From: Vicugna vicugna
Taxonomy: Eukaryota
Direction of reading: 5' to 3'
Length of the DNA stretch: 64,000 bases
NCBI GenBank assembly: GCA_013265495.1
Contig: MU058531.1
Span: forward strand, 2,046,911-2,110,910
In this document: piece by piece, positions 52,766 to 64,000 of the stretch
How the letters are laid out: the number at the start of each line of letters is the position of its first letter
Numbering within the stretch: position 1 is the first letter of the stretch
Notes under the pieces: model-generated
Told to the model about the DNA's origin: nothing
Databases searched by the model: none
Seen by the model: the letters and a program-made list of their open reading frames with translations, nothing else
Translations under genes and position numbers: made by a program

Positions 52766-55700
52766 ACTGTGTAGTTACCTTTTTTATGATAAAACTGGTC
52801 AGTGGGTACAGATGTAATCAACCTGATGCATCCAGTATAATTCCCTGTCAGCTTCTATCTACTGGTTTTAGCAGAGATTGATAATTTTTTTCATTCATTG
52901 CCTCTACATCATTTCATTAGGTGGTACAGAGGAATGACACTGTAATTCTTTCATTTTTTCCCAGCATTTATTAGCTTAGAATACTTATTAGATGAACTGA
53001 CAAAGGATCCAAGGGTGAATTTCACACATACTTTTGCTGGATGTTTCTAAATTCACCCCCATACGTACTCTACCATTTGTATGTGCACCTGCAGTAAATG
53101 AGTATGCCTGTTTACTTACAGCTTTGCCAAAAGATCAGCTAACATTGTAGTTTGTCAATACAATCTGTTAGGTTAGAAAAGGTATCTTACAGTTTTAATT
53201 TATATTTCTTTATGAGTGAGGTGGCTAAACCATTGAAAAGCAAGTTAGAATGCTGTAGATTGAAAAAGGATACTACAAAGTTAATGTTAAATATATTTTC
53301 TCCAAATTTGAAAAAGGTTTTCATGGCTTCAATTTAATGAGAATTTTACATTTTTAATATTTTCTAAGTTGTCAGGTACAAAGAACAGTCTACATTGTTT
53401 TCCTTTAACCACATGGCCCTCTGTTACTTACATAAGTGCAATCTGTTACTTTCCTGACTGCTCTCATAAAATATATTGCTGGGTTCTTTCCTTTTATTAT
53501 TACTTGAAAACCAGAGGCTTAAGAATTCAAGTACTTTCTTCGTATAATTATGAGTTTCTAGTAATATTTACACTTAGCTGTGAAAGAAATGTTTGTTTTT
53601 ACTTTGCTTTATATCTAAATTTCTATGTGTGATCAAAAAAAAAAAGGAATTTAAAAACCAAAATCTTACTCCATAATGACTCAATCTTTGAATACCCTCT
53701 GAAGTCAAAGTTTACAGTTAGGCATCTCATTAGGTCTTCCTTGGCCTTCATATACCCTCTTAAGAGGCAAATGACTAGGATACCTTCGAAATAAGGATTT
53801 CTTGTGTTTATTGCTTGATCACTTCTAGTCTTGTTTCCCTGAGATTTAAATACAGACTAGCTTTAATAAGTATCTTCAACAGTGTGAAGCTTTCTAGGTG
53901 CACACTGTATGTAAATACAGATAGCTAAATTATAGGTCCAAAACACAGTTACAGAATCTTAAATTTTTTAAAAAGTAACTACTAATTGTAGCCTGGTTTC
54001 TTTTTTCTGCCTCTCCACTCTCAGATTTTCTAGCTTCATGAATTTTCCTCTTCCTTCTTGTTCCAGACCGTTAAGCAAAAAAGATCTATCCTCTATTTCT
54101 TAACTCACATTTTCCTGAAACAGTCTTATTTTTATACCAGAGCCTTATACCATAAATTTTTTCTCAGACATCTGTCTTGGATTTTACCTCTTATTCCAGA
54201 GTTCTGTTATGCTTAACTTAGTTGGCCATTTTTGAAAGAACTAATATCTAACACTGTTACACTATAGCACTAAGTACTGTATTAAGAGTTTCACATGTTA
54301 ATTTTCACAAAAACTCAGAGGTAGATACTATTTTCATTATCATTACAGATATGGAAATTGAGGTCCAGAGATAGCATTTTGTTCAAATTCACACAGCAGA
54401 GCTTACCTAATCCTTATCCACCTTGTTGTTTTGCCTCCTAAGGAACCTAATATGAGTTTCTCATATAAAGGGAAAAAGAAAATGAAACAGCATTGTCAGG
54501 TTGACTTTCCTTAGGGTATAGTTACCTGAATTTTATGATAACGCTTTGTTAGTCTCTAAAAAGTAGTTTTTCTTATTAATAAAAGTAATTACTTTCTCAT
54601 CATGTAAATATTTATTCTCATCATGTAAATATAGGTATGTGTAAAAAAGAAAAAAGAATATGTAATAACAGTTCCTTGGCATATATATAGTATGCATAAT
54701 TAGGATTGCCATCTGTTTTATGTATTAATTAATGATAACTGATGGTAGTGTTTCTTTCATCATGCCTTAACTTTTTCAACTTTTTATTTTGAAATTCAAA
54801 GAATTTAATACCTGAGGCATGTTTTCTCCAAAAAGCAGATAAAACATTGTCTCTAATAAGTTTTATTATTTCTTGATCCTTTCCTAACTCATGGATATTA
54901 ACCTACTTTAGATTGATACTACTTTCTCTTTTTTTGTACTCACTTTGGATACAAAATCTTGTAGATTCTATTTTAGTTTATTCTGACTTTAAATAATCTT
55001 AATTTTCTTAAAATATCTTCCTCATTTTAGCAGGTCTGTCACCAGGAGCTTCCTTCCTGCCTATTGTGTCATGGTCTTCAAAGATCTGGCCACAGTGTCC
55101 CATCAATTAACACCCACCTTACTGGCACAGCAGCTTTTAAAAAATATATCAACCTTTCAAATAAAGTCCTTTGCCTGTTGTTGGAAGGTCTTTTAGCATG
55201 TCCCCCTTTTCAGATCATAGACTTCTAGGTCAAGATTCACTTCTGTTGATTAGTAATTAGTATGTAATACATACATACATAATTTTAAAACTCTTTGTAT
55301 CATTACTTCCTCTCTAATTTGTACTTTAAATTTTGTTAACATTAATCTGTATAGTTTGTATGATACTATCATATATTTGTTAATTTTGCTGTGAAGTTTT
55401 CCAGTTGTTTAATGTCTATTTATAGTTTGCCCCTAACTAGACTGTAGACTCCTTGGAGGCAGAGGCTAGTGTGTTACATTTATTTACATTTATTTTACTA
55501 CATAGTAAAATGCTATATGTACAATGGGTGCTTAATAAGTACTTAGTGGTTGACCTTACAGCCCTCATGTATTCTATGGGCTGTTTTGTTCTAACAAGGA
55601 TAAGTTTAAGCTTTCCTTTGGCACAAACTGTAATAATAAACAACTACGTGATGATCTTTAGTTAATATTCATGGTGATACACTATATACAGAGACATGGT

Positions 55701-58700
55701 ACTCATCTGCTTTGACTCTGGATCCTTTATTCGTCAGTGCTGTTTTGTTTTGTTTTGAGGGGGTTTTGGCCAATTATTACTAGTTTGGTTAAAGAAAAAA
55801 ATTGTCCGAGAACATATCCTTTCTTCTGTTTACAATCTAATAACTTATTATTAAGCAAAGTAACCTATAGCCTGAGTTTGCAGGATGTTTGCTTTTACAT
55901 AAAAAATGGTAAAAATCTCAACCTACAAACAGAGCAATTAAAGATGAAACTTACATTTGCTTGTCTGAGGCTCTTAAACCTAGCCTCTGGAGTCTTCGTG
56001 TTTAAAATAGTGGTGAATGCTGAAGAGTTAAAAGTGAAAACTTTAGTATCCCATCATAGTTCCCACATACTTTTAATTGAATTGGTGATTGTGATATTAT
56101 TTCATGTCTTCAATAAAATACACATTTGTTGACTTGGGACCATATAATTAATTTTTTAAGTTTTTCTAACAACAGATTAAGTCAAATACTTGCCACAGAG
56201 TGCTGTAGCAAGGTCCTGTGCCATTATATTTTAAGGCCAAAATGCCCTGATATACTGCCAGGTGCCATGTGCTGAGGTAGCTGTAGCTTAGAGAGTCCCT
56301 GAGAGTGAGGCCAATCATCATTAAAATAGCATTTTTTAAGCACCTATCTGTACATGGTTCTATCCTAGGCACTGTACAAAACGAGTTAAACAGACATGGC
56401 CCCTGCCCCCTGGGAGTTTTCAATCTAAGATGATGCTGACATGGACAAACATAAAGGATATTGAGACAACTGAACAAACATTGAACAAGAACATAAAGTA
56501 CTAACATTATGCACAAGCAAAGGGGTAAGTGCATTTTGTGCAACAGTATGTAAAGGAAGCCTCGTGGGACATGAACAGGGTGGGGTAGAGCAATTAGCCA
56601 CTATCAATTTTCATTAGGAAGTTGGGTTTTCATACAGACTTAATCAAAGTAGGGACAGGACATTCCAGAAATAGTATGCAATAAAAAGAAGACTTGGAGC
56701 AAGGAAAGAAGTTTAGAACTATATTGTTAGACCCTTGGTGGCTTCCAAAATCTGCAATTCTGGATGGTTCTGAATCTGAAAGTGTGGTTGATGTTTTGGC
56801 TTAGCAAGTTGGCATTTGAGTTGGGTCTGGGTCAGAGCTGGTTCTGTGCAAAGCAAAAGCAAACCAATAAAACCTGGAAACTTGAGTACTTCTGCAACCA
56901 GTCTGTTTTGTTTGTTAAATCTCTTTTATAAATTTGACCACTTAACAGAAACCTTGGAGTTCATGGGAGCTGTTACCTTCTTGGGAACTTATACAAGGTT
57001 ATCTTGTGAAGCATTCAATTATGTTTTATGTTGAAACTTTAGCACTCTGTCAGCGTTCAGAAATTATTTCTCAAAAATTGGTCAGAGGTGTTTTTGAGAA
57101 TATTTTTCTATCACCAAGAAAGGTCCTGGCCTGGGAATTCTGGTATTATTGTAAGCAGTACCAGCAGATTTTGAACACTATTACCTGCCCCTTCAGTCAT
57201 TAATTTCTTGTCTTCCAAGATGTGCCTTTAATACCTTGCATGCATAGACTTGAGTTTAAATCACAACCATAGCAAATCAACTTTTGTAGTGTTTGCCAGA
57301 TAAAACTGATTACTTCTCTTTCAGTGGATGTGGATTAGGAGTTTCCCTAATAGTTCTCAACTCACTGTTCGATGTCATTCAAATCTGAAATGTGAATATT
57401 TGAATTTACCCAAAACTTTAGGGTGTAGTTATCTTCTTCACAAAACCTTTATTGTGCAAAAAAAAATTACGATAGGTTTCTTTTCAATTGCAGGTTTCCC
57501 TAGTGCCCTTTATATTACTGACTTTTCAAAACTTGTATTTACACAAAGCTTCCATTTCCACTCATTGTGTAAATACAGTACTATTGAAAACATAAGTGAT
57601 TAAGCCCACTGAGGCATTAAAATTCAAGTGTCTTTTTAAAATACTGAAACTTTTTTATGCCCTTATAGTTTTAACTTGTGAGGCTTATTTATTCATACTT
57701 CTTCCTCCCCATTAGAATTGAGGTCTTCAAGGGCTAGACTATTTGCCTTCCTCATTTCCTGTAATCTGACAATAAGAAGAATCTAGTGACTGTTGCTATT
57801 TTCCTTTCATGACCCCCAAATCATGGGATAGTAGCACATGATAAGCTTCCTAATAGGAAAAAATAGGAGAAGTATGAGGGACTGACATCCAGAGGGTTTC
57901 AGTGATTGTACTTACTCATCAAATAGCTTGCCTGGGTAATCTTTGCTTCTGAGAAAGACTTCCTCTGGGTGCAGTTTATAATTCTAATGGTATATTTACC
58001 AGTAGGCATATATCCTTCCTTTTAAATATTAAACTAATCTTGGACTACTCTATCTGGAAGAGCCTTGAGAGGTTTAGGCAAAATAAACTTAAGACAAAAG
58101 CCTGGACAGAATTTTGTCAGAAAAACTGGAATTAGGGATTATAAAACGGAGCCAGTTCTTTATTTAATCCAGCACATCTGTTGCATATGACCCAAGGGAT
58201 GAATAAAAAATTTCCAGAAGGAAGTATGAGGATTTGTTTGTTTTCACTTGTATAAAAAGAATTCATACCCATTGACTGAGGAAGAAAATTGAAAGTTGAG
58301 CTTATTAGGTTGGAACCTTTTGAGATCTTTAAACAACAGACAATTCAAACATCTCTATTTTGTCCGTATTCATAATAAAGTTGGTTGTGATGGATTACGT
58401 TTTAGGAACTGTTTTCATTTAAATGACCTATTACTTTTTTTTTTTTTTAGGAATTACATTGATTCACTCCATCAGTAGATCTTTCTAAGCATCCTTTTGA
58501 AAAGGTGGTGGGGAGAAGGTAAATTGAAAGTATGCAAAATACCTTCTCTCCTAATAAATTCTGATTCTGACTGGGTAGAAAAATAGTCTTATAACTTGGG
58601 TTTCATATAGAATAATGAAAAAGGAAGACCTAGAGATTTTAATATCACGGTTTTAAATTAGTACCTCAGAAGAGAATTCAAAAAAAATTTTAAGAGATAG

Positions 58701-58810
58701 GATTTTGGGATTCATCAATAAGCAAAATAAAAAGGTTATTCCCCCTTTGGAGCTTATGTTCTAATTCAGAAGTCAGCAAACTTTTCATGTAAAAAAACAA
58801 ATAGTAAATA

Positions 58811-59025
58811 CAACTGACCCTTGAACTGCATGGGGAACTAGGGGTGCCAACCCTCTATGCAATTGAAAATCTATGTATAACTTATAGTCGGTCCTCCGTA
58901 TCTGCGGTTTCACCCGTGGGATCAGTCAACAGTGGATTGTATGATACTGTAGTATTTACTATTGAAAAATCCAAAATATAAATGGATCCACGCAGTTCAA
59001 ACCTATGTTGTTCAAGGGTTAACTG
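58811..59025. mobile_element. Tigger2-derived MITE nested in a MER58A-like element (~58766-59125)
   Basis: TIRs CAACTGACCCTTGAAC / GTTCAAGGGTTAACTG with TA target duplication at 58809-58810 and 59026-59027. Confidence 0.88.
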
Positions 59026-59129
59026 TATTTCAGGCTTTGCATGTGGCCATGTTCCAATAAAACTTTGTTTACAAAAACAGCCAGCCAGCTGGATTTGGCC
59101 CATGGGTCATAGTTTCTCAACCCCTATTC

Positions 59130-59870
59130 TAGTAGGTGAAAATAGAATTAATAAGTAAATTAGAATATGTTAGGTGATAAGTGCTTTGGGGAAAAGAAAA
59201 AGAGCAGAGTAATCAAAAAGGGAGTGTGATGAGGTAGAAGTTGACAAGGTGGGCCTCTCTAAGGTCAAAAAGAGGAGAAACCAGCAGAGGAGACTGAGAA
59301 GTGAGTGACTGGTGAGATGGGAAGAAAACCAAGAGATGATGATATCCTGGAAATGCAGTGAAAAACCATATACTGGGAAGAAGCGGGGAACATCAAATGT
59401 TGCTGATAGGCCAAATAAGAGAAGGGCTGGGATTAGCCCACTGGATTTAGCTATGTGTAGGTTGTTAGTGAACTTGGTGAGTAGTTTTGGTGGAGTGGAT
59501 TCAAGAGAGGATTGAAGGAGGGTGAAAACAGCTAAGTCTTTTGAATGATTTTGTTGTAAAGAGCACAAAGAAATGGAACAGTGAAAGAAGAAGGATCATG
59601 AAAAGAGTTTTTGTTTGTTTTTTTAAGATAGAAGAAATAATGACATGCTTATTTGATGGAAATAATCCAGTAGAGGGTAGGGGGGAAATGATGTAGGAGA
59701 GTAGAGGTGCTGTAACTCTGAGTTGGTGAGGGGGTGGGATCTGGTATGTAAGTGAAGGGACTGACTTCAGGTAGTGTGGTGTTGGTAGGTGGATACATGC
59801 ACTGTAAAGAGTCTGTAGTTTCTTGTGGCTTCAATTTTCTGATTAAAGAATTATCAGTAGAGAATATGAA
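59130..59870. mobile_element. L2 LINE fragment
   Basis: CATCAAATGTTGCTGATAGGCCAAATAAGA...CCACTGGATTTAGC is typical of L2. Confidence 0.7.
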
Positions 59871-61395
59871 AGCTGAAGTTTTGAGGTTTTATATATAACT
59901 ATGGTCTTTAACTTTTAGTACCAGCATTTGAGGGATCTTTGGTGACTCACTGAAATCCTTTTTATTGTGCCTTCTGAGGGAGTTACAAACTTAACCCAAC
60001 CAATTTGTGTATTTTAAGGATTAAACCCTACATTATGAGATTAAATAATGGTGCATATAATGTGTGGCACAACACCTGCTATCATGGAAGTACTCAAGAA
60101 TTGCTGAGTGTTACTAGGCAATGTGGAGTCAGTATGCGCTGAGCTAGGCTTACTTTATCTCTTTGGTCCCAAAAGATACCTTGTCATAATTTTAAATGTT
60201 ATTATGTAAGTTAAATTTTACCAGTAGTAAGTAAATATGCTAAATTTAAATCACAGGTCTCTTTGATGTCTCTCCTAATGTTCTTCCTTCTTCACAGTGT
60301 GGTCTCTTTATACAGTGACTAGTGATATTACTGCCTCTGGCAATCGGGGGGAAGTACTGACCAGGGCTCCATAGATGGATGCTTGTTCTTTTAATGATTT
60401 TATCATATATTGATATGTTAATTTTTTGTACAATGGAAATAAATTGGTTTTGTTTACAGTATCCTCCTGTAGATTGTAAGCCCCCAGAGGTAGGTAATAA
60501 TTCTTAAACATTTTAAGAAAATATCTTAAGTAATTGTATGTAGAGGGCATTCAACAAATATGATGATTACTAAGTCAAACTTTCATGTTCCTTTAGTTAA
60601 ACTTAAATATTCAGTTCTTTAGGGCGTGCTCTAATTCAGGCCTGAGACCTTTCCACTAGTCTGAAAAAGTTTGGAGCTAAATTATATTGAGCTTAATGGC
60701 ATTTATTAGAATTCCTCCACATGTAGCTGTTCCAAATAACTACCAGAGGGGGGTAGTAACCAAATTTCACTTAGTAAGCACATAATAATAGAGGCTTAAT
60801 TGGTACATACAGCTGTTAGAATGACATAAAAACTGGCATGATCACTGAAAGAAGTTTGTTAGAGAATAATGCTCAACTAAGTATAGCATATCAAAAATCA
60901 AAGTAAGATAGACTGACTTAGTGTAACTACAAAAAAATGGCCTTGCTTACCTTCACACACTAACAAGGAAGTAATGAGTGAAGTCAAAGAAGTGATACTC
61001 TTACCAAGTACTAGAGAATCTCATTGTGACCAGGAATTTTGGGGAAGAGCAAGCTGAAATGGCCATGACATTCTGCAGTAGCCAGTGTGATTAAGAGAGA
61101 AAAGTAAGAACTATTTTCCTTTTTATAAAGCAGCTGTGTTTGAGGATTTACTGATAAAGATAAAAATTTGAAGAGGCTCTTTCCTAGAATTTAGGAAGTA
61201 AAGCTTAGCTATTGATGCAAATGACTGAGCAATTCTCAATCGGTTCAAATCTAGATTTCCATTACAACAGTTATTCCTGAAGCATGAAAACATCCAACTT
61301 CTTAAAAATATTTTAGATCTGTGAAAAATATTCAACGAGTTTTTTTTTTAATCTGTCTTTTGTTAAAATTTTAACTCATTTTCTTTGTATTGTAG

Positions 61396-61526
61396 GTCCA
61401 GTTGTTTACGTCTTGGATCTTGCAGACAGACTGATCTCAAAAGCCTGTCCATTTGCTGCAGCAGGAATAATGGTTGGCTCTATCTATTGGACAGCTGTGA
61501 CTTATGGAGCTGTGACAGTGATGCAG
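61396..61526 (+). CDS. MARCHF5: MARCHF5 coding exon 3 (131 nt), includes first transmembrane segment
   Basis: Acceptor TTTGTATTGTAG. Translates (G)PVVYVLDLADRLISKACPFAAAGIMVGSIYWTAVTYGAVTVMQ, with a GxxxG motif (GIMVG). Phase matches exon 2. Donor CAG|GTTCAC. Later exons lie outside the window. Confidence 0.97.
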
Positions 61527-64000
61527 GTTCACTATTTTACTCTGTTTGACGATGTTACTTTTGATATGAAGATCAGTTAAGTAGATTTTTGTTAGGAGTT
61601 TTAAAAATTATTTTGAACAAGTAATAACATTCTCATGGCTGAGAAATAAGAAACTATATAAAAAAAAATATCTAGGGATGAGTTTTCTTACTCCTCTCCT
61701 TCATTTGCCCAGGTTCCCCTTCTCCCCAGGCAGCCACTGTTACTAGTTTCAAATATATTCTTCTAAACTTTCTTTGTGCATATGTAAGAAAAAACAATAT
61801 CCTCTCACACACACAATAATACATTTCCTCCCCCAAAAGGAAATACGTTAGAGCTGAACCCCTCTTTTTTCTAAAACAGCAAGAACTTTGGAGATCTTTT
61901 TTGTGTTAAGTATGGAGAAATCTGCATTCTTTGTATAGATTTTCAGCAGTTTATTTGCCAGTCTCTTATTGAATAGATCGTTGTTTACTTCTAGTGTTTT
62001 TGCTATTATGAAACAATGCTATAGTCAATAACTGTTGCTGAAGATTGGAGAGACTTAAATTTCAAGATTAGTCCCAAGCCCTTGACCCTTGTCTCTTTTT
62101 TTATACTTCTTCCTAAAAGATTTTCAGCTATCATAACTGTGCGTTTTGTGTTCAGATCTGTATCTTTCACACTAATCTTTTCCCAAATCCAATCCTATGA
62201 GGACAGATTGGCTCTTCTCCTTAAATGACCTCTTGTGACTTCACATTGAATATTGCTGAAATCAAACTTGTCTTTTCCTCAGTTTGAAACCCATATTTAT
62301 TCCCCAGTTTCTCTATATCTTTGATTCATACAATGTTCCCATCTACTCGATTTATATCCTACATTCTTATGATTACCTTTAATACTTTCTACTTCATAGC
62401 CTTGTATCTAGTCCACTGACGAAGTCCAAACAATTTCCATTTTGGCTTTGTTTCCACAGCCTGAATTATTGTCAGTTCCCCTTCATGCCTCGATGGTTAA
62501 AGGAGCCTCTTGATTGTTTTCTTTAATGTCTTTTTTTTCTATTAGTCCATCCTTCCAAGTGAATCTTCCTAAAGCAATAATTACTTCAACATCTTACTTC
62601 AAGCTTACTATCTCATACTCTGCTTAAATAATTTTTTTCAAAAGCAACACCTAGGTTGGTTAAGTGTTTCATAGCTAACTCAGTAATAGTTAACACACTT
62701 AGGTTTGTAGATGATATAACTTGCTTTTCTCTACCAAAAATAGTACATGAAAGAAAAAGGGTTCGAAGGAATTATATGTCATATTCTAGAAATTGCACAT
62801 AACCTGTTTGCCAGGTTGATAGTGAGCAGCCTTTCTGGTTGCTCTGTTAATAACCATGGTGAGACAGAATGTTGCAAGACTTCTTTATAAAATGTTGATG
62901 ACACCCCAGAAGTCTGGATATAGTCACTGGAATGAATAACAAATCATTTGTCATAAAGGTAGTGGATAAAGATTGAGAACCACTGACTTAAAAAAAAATT
63001 CCATTTCCTTAACCTGACTTGCTATGCAGGGTCCTCCACAATCGTACTTCATTCTACTTTGAGGCCTACTGGGCTGTCTCCTCCAACCTATCCTTATGCT
63101 GTGTAGGTTTTTTTACCTCTGTCCTTTGGCTTATGCCACCCTCCCTGCCTAATACCTGTCCTTCCAGTCCTCTCTCCACTCCTCCTGATAGAAACCCTCC
63201 TTCCAGGCTTAGTTCACCACTTTTCCTCCATGAAATGTACCAGGCAACTCCTGCCCAATGTGATTTCTTCTTTCCTCTACGTTTATGATATTTTTATTTC
63301 TCAAATGGCAGTTAATCCTTTGTTGACCAAGTGCTATTTCTTATATAAGAGACCTGAAAACAGAGAGCAGCTTATACATTATTTAACATACAAATAAATA
63401 CATTATACAGAAGTATATTTTTGCAGATGAGGAAACTAAGACCCTCTGAGACTGAGTGACTACTCTTTAAGACCTAATGGACCATAAGAAGTGGGATGGC
63501 TCTTTTTAAGGAAAGGATTTTAGGCTAGCTGAGTCTTAAAAGAATTTTGATAATTAATGAGACATTTCAACAAGAGCCAATTAACGAATATAGTTTGTAT
63601 CCCCTAAAAAGGGCTACCAGTTGTATTTTGGCATTTTGAAGCATGTTGGTATGATTCATTCAAAAAGCACTGAACTGAGGTCTGTGTAAAATACAAAACA
63701 AATTTAAAGCCCTGATCCCCAGCCTTAAGGAATCTAGTCTAACCTAAGTGAACAGCTGGAGAACAGTTACAAGGTTATGTAAAAAATACGAAGAGAATGC
63801 AGAAGACTACATTAACAGTACTTTAATTCAGTAAAAGTGAAAGATCATTTGAAGTTATGAAAACAGTAAATATTGAACTGCCCCTTGAAGGAAATAATTT
63901 GGATTGGTAGAGAGGAAGAAATGATATGAGCAAAGAGACAAAAAAAATGAACATGTTAATGGTGACAGAAAGGAAGACCTGAAATTATGATAATATACAT

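Noticed and set aside
55005..55060. Acceptor-like TTTTAGCAG in MARCHF5 intron 2 as a poison exon
   Set aside because: No convincing paired donor, and such motifs are common in AT-rich introns.

Overview
Mammalian genomic DNA, most likely a camelid, judged from three tRNA-Ala-derived vic-1-like SINEs and a camelid-type L1 3' end. A CpG island at ~28.1-29.35 kb acts as a bidirectional promoter. On the + strand lie coding exons 1-3 (codons 1-123) of MARCHF5/MITOL, the mitochondrial RING-CH E3 ligase; they splice into a clean reading frame and the gene continues past the window end. On the - strand lie the inferred non-coding first exon and long first intron of the divergent neighbour, assigned to CPEB3 from known mammalian gene order; no CPEB3 coding exon is visible. 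The rest is intronic DNA rich in L1, L2, MIR, MaLR and MER/Tigger/Charlie relics. Repeat family names and boundaries are by-eye estimates. I found no novel multi-gene system. The best leads are regulatory: a 61-codon uORF in frame with MARCHF5 and separated from it by one UGA, a cluster of - strand splice sites with an AG|GT junction and possible 15-nt microexon, two uAUGs in the CPEB3 leader, and an AP-1 motif cluster.
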